Below, piece by piece: positions 22,822-36,800 of a stretch of 64,000 nucleotides of DNA. Every line of letters starts with the position of its first letter. Position 1 is the stretch's first letter. The notes below the pieces were generated by a model. The model searched no databases. It was not told where the DNA came from and worked only from the letters and a program-made list of their open reading frames with translations. Source of the DNA: Mobula hypostoma. Its lineage: Eukaryota. The stretch is taken from positions 104,720,001-104,784,000 of the forward strand of contig NC_086108.1 of NCBI RefSeq assembly GCF_963921235.1. The letters are read 5' to 3'. The translations under genes and the position numbers were made by a program.

Positions 22822-23809
22822 TATATGCTTTGGTAATAAATTTATTTTGACTTTGACATACTAATGTAATACAGAATTGCTACTGAAGAGTCTGAATGCC
22901 ATCATTTACTTGAGTCAGAGTTCATAGTTTTGCGTGTTCCTCAGTCTGATATTCTTGTTTTGGGGAAGAGACTGGAACTCTGGGCAATGGGTGGGAAAGC
23001 ATTTCTCTTCAAAGAATGGGATGGAAAGGAAAGTGACAGGGCTTTGCAAGGGGAACTGAATGCATCCTTGAGTTAGACCAAAGCATTGGGAAAGAGTGGT
23101 TTATGGTTCTGGGAGATGGCATGGTCTGAATGGGTGAGGATGCTCCTCCTGACCTGTAACAACACCACGATCCCCGGGCTAAGATTGTCTACATAAATGG
23201 TGAACGGCAGGGGTCACGGCACAGATTGTTGAGGAAAATTGTTTTCCACTTTCTACAGACTGGGACCAGTTAAGCAGAAATACTTTCACACAGCTTTGGA
23301 CAGCATGATTTGACCTTGGGTGGGCAAGAGGGAGCATTTCGAAGTGATGTCTTACAAAATGGGAATGCATAGAATATTGATAGAAATAACAGAATGGTAT
23401 TTATACAGCTTCATATGCAGACTTTTTTATTTCTGGTACAGAAATGGCTAATAGGAGGGTGCATAATTTTATGGTGATTGGAGGAAAGTTATGGGAGATG
23501 TTAGAGTTAAGATGTTTTAAACAGAGAGTATTTGGTGAGTGGAATGCCCTGCCAGGGGTGGTGGTAGAGGCAGAGACACTCAGGACATTTAAGAGACTCT
23601 TAGATAGGTACGTGAAAGATAGAAAAATGGAGGGCTATGTGGGAGGGAAGAGTCTGGTCAGCTGACAGGCATGAACTTATGCTAATCCATCATCAATCCC
23701 GCTTTCTATCCGCACCCACCCAAACCTGGATTGCCCTCAGACCCTTCCAGATTTTACTACTCACCCACCCACTAGAGGCAATTAATTGTGTTCAGTTATT
23801 CAATATCAC

Positions 23810-24240
23810 AGGAGCGAAGTGGTTCGAATAATCGCTTTACAGCGTCAATGATCACCGATCAGGGTTTGATCCCTGCCGCTGTCTGTAAGGAGTTCATACG
23901 TTCCCTCCCTGACCGCGTGGGTTTCCTCCCACATTCTAAAGACATCGCTATTGTTAGGGTTCGGCTTACTGAGCTGTTGGTGCTGGAAGTGTGGTGAAAC
24001 TTGTAGGCTGCCCCCAGCACCTTTCCACTGAATTCATTTGACTCAAAAAAGATGCATTTCATTGTGCATTTCAATACACATGTGACAAATAAAACCAATC
24101 TCTTTAAATCTCTGTTCTACTGACCTGCGTGTCTTTGGGATTTCAGAGGAAACTGGAGCACACGGAGGAGACGTGCAAACCCCACACGGACAGCACCGGA
24201 AGTCAGGATTGAACCTGGGATGATGGAGATGTGAGGCAGT
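23810..24240. mobile_element. Two V-SINE/HE1-like SINEs, tail to tail (+ 23810-24105; - 24110-24240)
   Basis: GGGTTTGATCCC B-box-like and GGGTTTCCTCCCACATTCTAAAGAC; reverse copy GTCTTTGGGA...GAGGAAACTGGAGCAC...GGATTGAACC. Confidence 0.7.
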
Positions 24241-24334
24241 GAATTTAATATTGTGTGGAACAATCTTCTTACATGAATGTTTTATTTATTTATAGAGAAC
24301 AGTGAACTGGGAAGCCCTGAGCTGTAAAAGTGAC

Positions 24335-24665
24335 ATCTATCATGAAGGATCCCATCACCCTGGACACATCCCCTTCTCGTTGCTACCATCAGAGCGGAGG
24401 TACAGGAGCCTGAAGACACACACTCAACAGTTCATGAACAGCTCCTTCCCCTCCACTGTCAGATGTCTGAATGGACAATGAATCCATGTACACTAATCAG
24501 TTTTTTTTCCCATTCTTGTTGCACTACGGATTTAATTGAATTTTTTATATAGATATTCCTTATTGTAATTCACAGTTTTTATTATGTGTAACAATGTCCT
24601 GCTGTTGCAAAACAACAAATGTTCACGATATGTGCCAATGATATGAAAACTGATTTTGATTCTGA
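24335..24665 (+). mobile_element. Rex1/Babar-like 3' fragment
   Basis: SIMKDPITLD.../GRRYRSL-like sequence and CTGATTTTGATTCTGA tail. Confidence 0.7.
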
Positions 24666-25349
24666 TCAATAAGTCTCGGTGACAGAATGAGAAACTATTA
24701 ACTGTTTCACAGATTGACGTCTTGAATTTCAGAGCAGCTGAAACTATGGATCCGAACCTGGAGGCTCACATTCCCCTTAGGCAACAAAATTACGCAACAA
24801 CAGAGGACAGGAAGTGCTCTCGGAGTCTGGAGGTTACATTACTGGCTGGCAATTCAGGATCCGAGACCAAAGGTTTGGAGACGAGCATAAAATCCACTAT
24901 GGGAGATGAGCAATTTAATTCAGTTAATTAAATAAATCTGGAATAAAAATCTTTTATTGCTAATAATGGCCATTAAAGCCCATCATAAAATCCCATCTGG
25001 TTTATCGATGTCCTTGAGGGAAAGAAACCTGCTTTTTTTTTAACCAGTCTGGTCTACTTGTAACTCTAAGCTGACCACTGTGGCTGACTTGTGACGCCAT
25101 TGAACTCGGTAGAGCACAATAGAGGAACAGGCCTTTTGGCCCACAGTGCTGTGTCAATCAGATTATCCTAATGATACTGAATTAAACTTATCCTTTCTAT
25201 GTTCATGCGGTCCATCTGAAATGCATGACAAAGCAGCCCTGTTCAAGGGTTTTAGGTCTAACCTTGCTTCAACAGCCCACAATATGAGTGAATTGCAAGA
25301 CAAAAGTGATGTCTGGGTTTCAAAAGGTGTGTTGGATTAGGGTGATAGA

Positions 25350-26670
25350 ATGATAGAACACTACAGGACAGAAACAGGTCCTTTGTCCTATCTAGTCCAT
25401 GCCCAACTATTTAGATTATGAGGACACTCAGTCCTCGTTTATTGTCATTTAGAAATGCATGCATTAAAAAATGATACAATATTCCTCCAGAACGATATCA
25501 CAGAAACACAGGACAAACCAAGACTAAAACTGACAAAACCACATAATTATAACGTATAGTTACAACAGTGCAAAGCAATACCGTAATTTGATAAAGAGCA
25601 GACCATGGGCACGGTAAAAAAAGTCTCAAGTCCCAATAGCTCCATCATCTCACGCAGACAGTAGAAGGGAGAAACTCTCCCTGCCATGAACTCCAAGCGC
25701 CACAAACTTGCCGATGAATTGGAGGCACCCGACTGCAGCCGACTCTGTCCGAAGTCCGTCCGAAAACTTCGAGCCTCCGACCTCCCTCCGACACTGAGCA
25801 CCGAGCACCATCTCTGCCGAGCACTTTGACCCTGCCCCAGCTGCCCAGCAACAAGCAAAGCCAAGGACTCGGGGTCTTCCCCTCCAGAGATTCTGGATCA
25901 CACAGTAGAAGAGGCAGCGAAACAGGCATTTCAGAAGTTTCACCAGATGTTCCTCCGTACTCTCACATCTGTCTCCATCAAATCAGGATTGTACACGGCC
26001 CCCTACTTGACAGATAACAGATATCATTCACCGGAGAGGCCGCGCGCGCTGCGTCACACCACCATCTTCTCCTCCCGCTTCTATTATGCTTCATTTGACC
26101 ATAGCTCTCCAAACCCCTCCCATTCATGTACCTATCCAAACATCTCTAAAATGTTGAAATCGAACCCACATCGACCACTTCCACTATCAGCTCGGTCCAC
26201 TTTTGCATTACCCTCTGAGTGACGAAGTTCCCTCTCGTGTTCCTTTTAAACAGTTCACCCTTTCACCATGACCTCTATTTCTAGACTCACCCAACATTAG
26301 TAGGAAAAATTCCTGCTTACATTTAGCCTATCTATTCCCCTCATAATTTTGTATACTACACCTCTAACAAATCTCCCTCATTCTCTTGCGCTCCAGGGAA
26401 TGAAGTCGTAACCTATTTAACCTATTCCCTCTGACTTGGGTATTCAAGACCCAGCAACATCCTTGTACATCTTCTCTGTACTCTTTCCTTCTTATTAACA
26501 CCTTTCCGATTGGTAGGTGACTGGAACTGTACACAATACTCCAAATTAGGCTTCTCTAATGTCTTAGACAACTTCGACATAACTTCCTCACTCCTGTACT
26601 CAGTACTTTGATTTATGAAGGCCAACATGTCAACAGCTTTCTTTATGACCCTATTTACCTGTGAAATCAC
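25350..26670 (-). mobile_element. CR1 3' fragment hosting a non-autonomous element
   Basis: ORF 26422-26670 KPNLEYCVQFQSP...ERVQRRCTRM. Confidence 0.8.
25411..26076 (-). mobile_element. Non-autonomous LINE-derived element (copy 2, apparently complete)
   Basis: Minus-strand start GGGAGGAGAAGATGGTGG (YY1-like AAGATGG); end AATAAA...CATAATCTAA; similar to 14636-15200; no RT motifs. Confidence 0.7.
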
Positions 26671-27239
26671 GTTAAAAGAAGATGTTTCAGAGGTGCCTTC
26701 AAGGGTATATTTTTCTTGAAGTTTAAATTTCTGATGCTTGCTTCTATTTTTACATAATCACCTATATACAAATAATTGTTCAGTGAATTTTCCAGCAATT
26801 ATGTTGCAGATACTTTTCTGTTTTTCTATAAAACATTTAGTCTTCTGTAGCAGATGTCATGCCATTTGAATCTGGCTATTTGTTAGGTTAACTGTTATAA
26901 GTTATAACTCTAATTTTGTTATTTCTAGTCTGAGTATGAGACGAATACAACTGCTTTTTCCTTTGTGATTTTATTCTCTTAGTTCTTTCTGTATTCTTAT
27001 CACACTTACATAATAAATCAATCATAAGGACCATGTTTTATGCCTCATTCTTAAGTCTCGAAGAGCCTTTGGATCATGAAAGCATCAGGATCCAACAGTG
27101 CAACACTGTGGGAGGGTGGGAAGGCGGGAAGTGTTCCAGGGTTTTGTAAGGAGGACAATACGGGGGATTTGGGTTCTGATTTTTCACGTTGTGAGTACAT
27201 GGGGAAACTGGAAGATGGTGTAATGTGGTAAGGAATCTT

Positions 27240-28150
27240 CTGTGTAAAAATATTTACTTAGCGATACAGTGTACAGTGTAGGCCCTTCCGGCCCTTTGAG
27301 ACGCCACCCCAGCAAACCCAGACAAGCCCAATTAACCCTAACCTGGATGGCAACTGTTAGTCTCACTAGACCATGGATCTGCGCCTGGAAAGTCTTGCTT
27401 CAGTCTCTCCAGGGCGCAGGCTTGGGCAAGGTTGTATGGAAGACCAGCAGTTGCCCAAGTAGCAAGTCTCCCCTCTCCTCGCCACCGATGTCCAAGGGAA
27501 GGGCAAGGACCAATTCAGCTTGGCACCAGTGATGTCGCAGGAGCTGCCAGAGCGAGGTTGAAAGCAACGTCAGACTGCCTTAGGGATTCCATTTCCAGAT
27601 TTGTCCTCAGGGTTTACTCCTGAAGCCTTTCCCATGAGTGGGTATGGCCGCAAGGCAGCGGAGATTTGAAATCAGAGTTTTCCCTCTCTTAGATGGACTG
27701 ACGAGCTCCATCTACCCAAAGCACTGGTTTTAAGGCACCAGGACCCGCCTTCGCCCCTTCTCCTGTCAGTAGAAACAGTTCCGCCGGGCTTAGAGGCTAA
27801 GCCACATGAGAAGGCCAGGAGATGGATTGGTTGTCAGGGGCTATTTGAGGCGCATACCATGAGGAGCACTTTTAGGTAGTGGGAGCTTGTACCCACTACC
27901 ACTTCTCGGCTTGATAACCTTGGAACCCTAACCTAATCACAGGACAATTTACAGTAACCATTTAACCTACCCAGTACGCCTTTGGACTGTGGGAGGAAAG
28001 TGGTGGATTTGGAGAAGTCCCATGCATTCCATGAGAAGCAAGTACAGAGATCCTTACAGGATGGCACCGGAATTGAACTTCGAGCTCCAGAGTGCCCCAA
28101 GCTGTAATAGCATCACGCTAACTGCCGTGCTACCAGGACGGCCAAATACA
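27240..28150 (-). mobile_element. V-SINE/HE1-like SINE split by the insertion at 27345-27923
   Basis: CTTTGGACTGTGGGAGGAAA (reverse V-domain) and GGAATTGAAC (reverse B box). Confidence 0.8.
27345..27923 (-). mobile_element. Non-autonomous RTE-tailed element (579 bp), second family
   Basis: 11-bp TSD AACCCTAACCT at 27334-27344 and 27924-27934; 3' ~190 nt shared with the SINE at 17337; older copy at ~50275-50790. Confidence 0.85.
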
Positions 28151-31100
28151 ATAAAACAGTTAGCAGTAATACTCCAATGATCTGACACCCATGATATGGA
28201 GTCTCCAACACCCAGGATCAGAAAAGGGTTGTAGACTCAACCAGCTCCATCAAGGCAAACACTGCCCACATTTGAGGACATTTTCAAGAGGAGAAGCATC
28301 AAGTAGGTGACACCATCACCAAGAACTGCCTATGTTCTATGAAACCCAAATCTTCTTGATCTGTTTTCAACCCTTCAAATTAAATGATACAATTCTCCTG
28401 ATAGTAAATAGTGACCTGCACGGTATTCTATTTGCCACTTCAGAAAATAATCTACCAAAGTGAGCAACCATACACTTCCTTACACTGTATTCCATCTGCC
28501 ACTTCTTTACTCATTTTCCTATTTGGTCCAAGTCCTTCTGCAGACTTCCTTCTTCCTCAACACTACCCCCAAATATCATTGTATCATCTACAAACTTGGC
28601 CACAAAGCCATCAATTCTGTCATCCAAGTAATTGACATATAGCATGTAAAGAAGCAGATTGAATAAATGACCATAGGACAATAAGATATCGGAGCAGAAT
28701 TAGGCCATTTGGCACATTGAGTCTGCTCTGCCATTTCATCATGGCTGATCTAGTTTCCCTCTCAGCCCCAATCTCCTGCCTTCTCACCATATCCTTTTAT
28801 GCCCTGACCACTCAAGAATCGATTAACCTCTGCCTTAAATATACATAAAGACTTAGCATCCACAACGGCCTGTGGCAATGAATTCCACAGATTCACTACT
28901 CTCTGGCTAAAGAAATTCCACCTCTTCTCTGTTCTAAAAGGATGCCCTTCTATTATGAGGGTGCATCCTATAGTCTCAGACACTCCCACCTTTGGAAACA
29001 GCCTTTCCACATTGTCTTTCACCATAAGATTGGTTTCAATAAGGTCACTCCTCATTCTTCTGAATTTCAGTGAATACAGGCACAGAGCTATCAAACAGGC
29101 TTCATATGGCGTCTTTTAATCATGGAATTATTTTATTGAACCACCTCCAGTTTCAGCACATTCTTTCTTAGGTAAGGGGCCCAAACCTGCTCACAATACT
29201 CCAAGTGAGGCTTCACCAGTGCTTTATGAAATCTCAACATTGCATCCATTCTCTTATTTTCTAGTCCTCTTGAGATGAATGGTATCATTGTATTTGCCTT
29301 CCTCACCACGGACTCAACCTCCATAATAACCTTTAGGGAATCCTGCACAAAGACTCCAAAATTCCTCTGCGCCTCGGGTTTTGTATTTTCTCTTCATTTA
29401 GAAAATAGTCAACACTTCCATTTCTTCTACCAGAGTGCATGGCCACACACTTCCCAACATTGTATTCCATCTGCCACTTCTTTGCACATTCTCCTAGTCT
29501 GTCTAAGTCCTTCAGTAGCCACTCTATTTCCTCAAAACTACCTGCCCTCCACTTATCTTTGTATTGTCTGCCAACTTTGCAACAAAGCCATCTATTCCAT
29601 CATCCAAATCATTGACATATAATGTAAAAAGAATCTGTCTCCACACAGTACCCTGTGGAACACCACTAGTCACCGGAAGCCAACCAGAAAAGGCTCCTTT
29701 TATCCTTACTCTTTGCCTCCCATCAAACAGCCACCGCTTTATCTATGCTTGATTATTTTCTCTAATACTATGGGCTCATAGCTTGTTAAATAGACACATG
29801 TATGGCACCTTGTCAAAAGTCTTCTGAAAATCCAAGTACACAACATCAACCAATTCTTCTTTCTCTACCCTGCTTGTTATTTCTTCAATGAATTCCAACC
29901 GATTTGTCAGGCAAGATTTTTCCTTGAGGACACCAAGCTATTTTATCATGTGCCTCCAAGTATCCTGAAATCATATCCTTATCAATTGACTCTAACATCT
30001 TCCCAACCGCTGAGGTCAGGCTAACTGCCCTACAGTTTCCTTTCTTCTGACTCTCTCCCTTCTTGATGAGTGGAGTGACATTTGCAATTTTCTGGTCTTC
30101 CAGAACGATCCAGCAGTTTGAAAGATTATTACTAATACATCCATAATCTTTTCAGCCAGTTCTTTCAGAACACTGGGTATACACCATCTGGTCCAGACGA
30201 TTTATCTACCTCAGACCTTCCATTTTCACAAGACCTTTCTCTCTAGTAATGGTAACTTCACACACTTCATGAGCCCTGACAGCTGGAACTTCCTCCATAC
30301 TGCTACTGCCTCCCACTGTGAAGACTGATGCAAAATACTTATTCAGTTCATCCGCCATTTCCTTGTCCCCTGTTACTACACCTCCAGCATTGTTTTCCAG
30401 CGGTCCGACATCTACTCTCACTTCTCTTTTACACTTTATGTATCTGAAGAAACTTTTGGTATCCTCTTTAATATCATTGGTTAACTTACTATCATATTCT
30501 ATCTTTACTTTAATGACATTTTTATTTAACCTGTTGGTTTTTAAAAGCTTCCCAATCCTCTAACTTCCCACTAATTTTTGCTCTATTATATGCCCTCTTT
30601 TTGGCTTTTATGTTGGTTTTGACTTCCCTTGTTAGCTATGGTTATGTCATCTTGCCTTTAGAATACTACTTCTTCTTTGGGATGTATATATCCAGTGCCT
30701 TCCAAATTGCTTCCAGAAATCCCAGCCATTGCTGCTGTGCTGTCATCCCTGCCAGTTTTCTTTTCCAATCAATTCTGGCTAACTCCCCTCTCATGCCTCT
30801 GTAATTCCCTTTAGTCCACTTTAACACTGATACATTTGACTTTACCTTCTCCTTCTCAAATTCCAGGGTGAATGCAATCTTATTTTGATCACTTACCCCT
30901 AAGGGTTCTTTAACCTTAAGCTCTCTAATTTATTCCAGTTCATTGCAAAACTCCCAATCCAGAATAGCTGATCCATCTTGTAGGCTTTCTAGAAATCCAG
31001 AATAGGCTGATCCATCTTGTAGGCTTTCTAGAAATACCGCCTCTTGGAATCTCACAGCAACCGGATTTTCCCAATCTACCTGCATATTGAAGTCCCCCAT

Positions 31101-31415
31101 AACTATTGTAAGATTGCCCCTTTGGCATGCATTTTCTATCTCCCGTTGTAATTTGTTATCCACATCCTTACTACTGTTTGGTGGTCTGTATATAACTCCC
31201 ATAAGGGTCTTTTTACCCTTGCAGTTCCTTAGCTCTGTTCACAACTATTCAACACCTTCCAACCCAATGTCACCTCTTTCTAATGATTTAAGTTCATTTT
31301 TTACCAACAGGGCCACGCCACCTCCCTTCCCTTCCGATACAATGTGATTCCTTGGACATTAAGCTCCCAGTTATAATCTTCTTTCAGACCTGATTCAGTG
31401 ATGCCGAAAACATTG

Positions 31416-31796
31416 CTGTGAAATGGGGACAACTCTTTTTCCCCAATAAGGGAGAGAGAAGTAGAGAGAAAGCCTATGGTATGTCGAATTATTGGGTGAA
31501 CGAGTAGTCTTTGGGGTACTGCAAGTCCTTGTCTTTACTGTTGCTTTGCTGCATGCTCGAGTGCTTGGTGGAGAGTGCAGATACTTCTTTGCTGGTGGGG
31601 GATGGGGGGTCATTGCTTTGCTGCTGCTTGTGCGTGGGAGGGGGTCTGGCAGGAGGGCTTTGGGGTTCTAACATGTAACCATCATCATTCTTTGGGGCAC
31701 TTTTCCGTTTTCGTGGATGTTTGTGAAGAAAAAGCATTTCAGGATGTATATTGTATACATTTCTCTGACATTAAGTATACCTATTGAAACCTATTG
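31416..31796 (+). mobile_element. LINE 3'-UTR-like insertion with (CTATTGAAAC)2 tail
   Basis: AAACATTG duplicated at 31408-31415 and 31797-31804; CR1 APE sequence resumes across it. Confidence 0.7.
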
Positions 31797-32859
31797 AAAC
31801 ATTGTGCTTGCCAACCATGTAAATGTGCTACAAGGTCATTTACCTCAGTATTATTCTGAATACTATGTGCATTCAAATATAACACTTTCAGTCCTGTATT
31901 AATCTTTTTCAATTTTGTATGCCTTTTATGTTGCAACTCATTGTGTTGACCGTAATTTTGCCCTATCACCAGCCTCTCCTTGCTAGGAGTCTCACTTCAC
32001 ATTGCCTCTGTTTGTAATGCAACTACCTAATCCTCAGGATTATCAGTCTGGTTGCTATCCCCCTGCCAAATCAGTTTAAATTTAGCTCTAACCTACCTGC
32101 CTGGAAGGGTGGAAGGGTATTGGACCTCCTTGGGTTTATGTGTAATGTGTTCCTTTTGTACAGGTCAAACATTCCCTAGAAGAGATCCTAATGATCCAGA
32201 AATCTGAACCCCTGTCCCCTGCACTAGTTCCTCAGAAGAGAATTCACCTGCCAAATCATTCTATCCTTACCCTCACTGGCAAGTGGCACAGGCAGCAATC
32301 CAGAGATTACTACCCTGGAGTTTCTGTTTCTCAGCTTTCTACCTAGCTCCCTAAAATCTCTCTTCAGGACCTCCTCACCTTGTCTGCCTATGTCATTGGT
32401 GCCAATATGTACCAAGACTTCTGGCTGCTCACCCTCACCCTTGAGAATGCCATGGACCCGATCCGAGACCTCCCTGATCCTGACTCAGGGAGGCAACATA
32501 CTATCTGAGAATGTCTATCGCGCCCACAGAACCTCATCTCTGTTCCTCTAACTAAAGAAACTTCCATCAACACTGCAGTTCTCATCATCTCTGCACTCTT
32601 CTGAGCCAAAGCACCAGACTCAGTGCCAGAGATCTAGTCACTGTGTGTCCTCCCCCCCCCCACCCCGTGTATATCTATAGCTGTTATTGAGGGGAATGTC
32701 CACAGTTGTACTCTGCACTGGCTGCCCATTTCCCCTCCTTCTCCTGACAGTTACACCTGTCTCTTGCATCCTAGGGACTGTCTGTCACCTCCACCTTCTC
32801 CTGTACGAGCTGAAGGTGATCGAGCTGCAGCTCTAGTTCCTTAATCCATTCTCTCAGGG

Positions 32860-33144
32860 TGTGGCGACCCACTTTCTGGCACCCACGAACCGGCTCACGA
32901 AACAGCGCGCAGGCAGAGGGCCGGCAGCAAAAAGGGCGCCAGGCCATCTTCACCAGCAGGGGGAAAATCCCGCGCACAGAAGGGGTCTGGGAATATGCAT
33001 TCCCCACAGTAGTCCCGCCCAGGGAGGGCGGGAACGGGAAGGCTTTAAAGCGGGCCGCGAAGTTTGAATAAATCTCTTTCATCGCAACTCCAACTCACCG
33101 ACTCCGTGTGGTTATTCTGGCGCTGTGTGTAGCACATCGCTACA
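32860..33144 (+). repeat. 5' LTR (285 bp)
   Basis: TGTGGCGA...TCGCTACA inverted termini; contains TTTAAA and AATAAA. Confidence 0.97.
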
Positions 33145-33146
33145 AT

Positions 33147-33160
33147 TGGTGACCCCGACG
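33147..33160 (+). promoter_or_regulatory. Primer-binding site complementary to tRNA-Trp
   Basis: TGGTGACCCCGACG, 2 nt after the 5' LTR. Confidence 0.9.
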
Positions 33161-33184
33161 GCCCAAACGATATTTGGACCAGAG

Positions 33185-33845
33185 ATGACCGACGCTGCAT
33201 CTGTTCACGCAGTTTCATTAAAACTGCCAAGCTTCTGGACGCTGCGATCCCATTTATGGTTCGAACAAGTAGAAGCACAATTCCACATTCGGCAGATAAC
33301 CTCGGAGTCCACTCGCTACTACTACGTGCTGAGCTCCCTCGACTGCTGCACAAGTTGAGGAGTTTATACAGTCGCCCCCGGAGGACGGCAAATACACAGC
33401 ATTCAAAGCCCTGCTCATAAGGACTTTCGGACTCTCACGGCGCGAACGAGCACGCCGCTTAATGCACCTGGATGGTTTGGGAGACAGGCCGCCATCGGCA
33501 TTAATGAACGAGATGCTGGCCCTGGCTGAAGGACACAAACCCTGCCTCATGTTTGAGCAGGCGTTCCTAGAGCAACTGCCCGAGGACGAATGCATGCTGC
33601 TGTCCGACGCAGATTTCAGCGATCCCCGGGAGGTGGCGGCCTGGGCAGATGTGCTGTGGAATGCCAGGAAGGAGAGAGGGGCGCCCGTCGCACAGATCAC
33701 CAAGCCGCATGCCCAACGACAGACCAGACCAGGCCCGGCAGCACAGCCTACAAAACCCGGCGACGGGAGTGAGGAGCCCAACGAACAATGGTGTTTCGAC
33801 CCGCCGCTGCAGGCCGCCCTGCAAATTCCCGGGAAACGCCAAGGC
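33185..33845 (+). pseudogene. gag: Gypsy gag, frameshifted by small deletions
   Basis: MTDAASVHAVSLKLPSFW...WFEQVEAQF; LGDRPPSALMNEM; broken zinc knuckle WCF/.../RRCRPPC. Confidence 0.85.
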
Positions 33846-36800
33846 CCAGCCGCTGCCGATCGCTACGGCGGCTGGCCATCAGGACAGCCTCCTGTACGTC
33901 TAGGACAAGCAGTCGGGACGCCGCTTTTTGGTCGACACCGGAGCGGAGATCAGCGTCTTACCTCCAACGAGTTACGACACCCGCAACAGAGAACCGGGAC
34001 CCACCCTGAGGGCCGCTAATGGCAGCACAATACGAACCTACGGCACCCGCACGGTGCGGCTACAGTTCAGCTCCAGCCGGTTCACGTGGGACTTCACACT
34101 GGCCGCCGTGGCCCAACCACTGCTGGGGGCAGATTTTCTACGAGCCCACAGCCTGCTGGTCGACTTGCAAGGGAAGCGATTAGTCCACGCCAAGACTTTT
34201 CAAACGTTCTCCCTGGGTGAAGCACAGTTGCCAGCCCCACACCTGGACTCCATCACGCTGTCCAACGATGAATTCACCAGGGTCCTGGCGGATTTCCCAT
34301 CAGTACTGACACCGCAGCTCACGGCAGCCATGCCCAGACACGGAGTACAGCACCACATCCCGACCCAGGGACCACCCCTCCACGCCCGTGCTCGAAGGCT
34401 TCCCCCGGACAAGCTCCGACTGGCGAAGGAGGAGTTCAAGAAGATGGAGGAATTAGGGATCATACGACGGTCCGACAGCCCATGGGCCTCCCCCCTTCAC
34501 ATGGTGCCGAAGGCAACGGGGGGCTGGAGACCATGCGGTGACTACCGCAGACTGAACGAGGCTACAACGCCAGACCGCTACCCTGTGCCGCACATTCAAG
34601 ACTTCGCAGCAAACCTACACGGCGCAAGGATCTTTTCCAAGGTAGACCTCGTCCGGGGATACCATCAAATCCCTGTACATCCGGACGACATCCCCAAAAC
34701 AGCACTTATCACCCCGTTCGGACTTTTCGAATTCCTCCGAATGCCGTTTGGTCTAAAGAATGCCGCACAGACTTTCCAGCGGCTAATGGACGCGGTGGGA
34801 CGCTACCTGGACTTTGCACTCATCTATTTGGACGACATCATCATAGCCAGCAGTAGTCGGTAGGAGCATCTGTCCCACCTCCGCCAGCTCTACTCCCGCC
34901 TGAGCGAATTCGGCCTTACAATCAACCCAGCCAAATGCCAGTTCGGACTCGACACCATTGACTTCCTGGGCCACAGGATTACTAAAGACGGGGCAACCCC
35001 GCTGCCCGCCAAGGTAGACGCGGTCCGCCACTTCCCCCGACCCAACACAATCAAAGGCTTGCAGGAATTCGTGGGTATGGTGAATTAATACCACCGTTTC
35101 CTCCCCTCAGCAGCCCGAACCATGCGCCCCTTGTTCACTCTAATGTCGGGTAAGGGCAAGGACATTACCTGGGACGAAGAGGCCGCAACCGCTTTCGTTA
35201 AAACCAAAGAAGCCTTGGCAAACGCCGCGATGCTAGTGCACCCCAGAACGGACGTTCCTACTGCCCTCACGGTGGACGCATCCAACACAGCAGTCGGTGG
35301 AGTGCTGGAACAACTCATCAAGGGTCGCTGGCAACCCCTGGCGTTCTTCAGCAAACACCTACGACCACCCGAGCTCAAATACAGTGCTTTCGACCGGGAG
35401 CTATTGGCAGTATACCTGGCAATCCGGCATTTCAGGTACTTCTTAGAAGGTAGGCCCTTCACCGCGTTCACATACCACAAACCGCTTACCTATGCGTTCA
35501 CGAAGGTGTCCGACCCCTGGTCGTCCCGCCAGCAGCGACATCTGTCCTACATCTCCGAGTACACGACGGATAGCCGACATGTCTCTGGAAAGGACAACGT
35601 TGTGGCAGACGCACTTTCCAGACCTACCATACAGGCCCTGTCCCAGGGGGTGGACTATGCAGCGCTGGCAGAGGCACAGCAGGCAGACGCTGAGATCCCC
35701 AGTTACAGGACTGCAGTCTCCGGTTTGCAGCTCCAAGACCTCCCCGTAGGCCCAGGTGAGAGGACCCTACTATGTGACGTAGCTACCGGCCAACCCCTCC
35801 CCGTCGTCCCAGCAGCCTGGCGCCGGCGGGTTTTCGAATCCATTCACAACTTAGCGCACCCCTCCATCAGGACAACCGTCCGGCTGGTCGCCAACAGGTT
35901 TGTGTGGCATGGACTGCGTAAGCAGGTCAGTGAATGGGCCAAAACGTGCATGCAGTGCCAAACGGCCAAGGTGCAGCGGCACACCAAGGCTCCACCGCAG
36001 CGGTTCGAACCCACCCGCCGGAGGTTCGACCACATCCATGTGGATATCGTGGGGCCCCTGCCAGTGTCACGAGGAGCGCGGTACCTCCTAACTATGATAG
36101 ACCGGTTCACCAGATGGCCAGAGGCAGTCCCGCTCAGCGACACCACCTCCGAATCCTGCGCCCGAGCACTGATCGCAACCTGGGTAGCCCGCTTTGGGGT
36201 ACCGGCCCACATTACCTCCGACAGGGGCGCCCAGTTCACCTCCAGCCTGTGGTCGGCTATGGCCAGACTTTTAGGGACACAGCTACACCACACAACTGCC
36301 TACCACCCACAGTCGAACGGACTAGTGGAGCGCTTCCACCGTCACCTGAAATCGGCTCTCATGGCCCGCCTGGAGGGGCCTAACTGGGTGGACGAACTTC
36401 CCTGGGTCCTGCTTGGAATCCGCACGGCGCCCAAACAGGATCTGCACACCTCGTCGGCCGAGTTGGTGTACGGCGCGCCCCTGGTCGTCCCAGGAGAGTT
36501 CATACCAGCCCCAAGGGGGCAAGAGGAAGAACCCACAGCAGTCCTGGACAGACTACGGGAGAGGCTCGGTAACCTGGCCCCCATACTCACTTCACAGCAC
36601 GGACAGAGCCCGACCTGCGTACCCAAAGACCTGCAGAACTGTAAGTTTCTTTTTGTACAACGGGGCGGACACCGGGCACCGCTACAGCGGCCCTACGAGG
36701 GGCCATTTAAGGTGATCAGCAACAACGGGTCCACGTTAGTGCTGGACACTGGGGGGAGAGAGGAGGTTTTCACGGTGGACCAACTCAAACCGGCCCATGT

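Noticed and set aside
27700..27923. HDV-like ribozyme in the second RTE-tailed family
   Set aside because: An L3-like UUCUCAU/UUCAUGU is present, but P1, P1.1 and P2 could not be closed consistently in both copies
30959..31035. ~38-bp tandem duplication
   Set aside because: Local duplication inside a dead CR1 endonuclease; no functional implication
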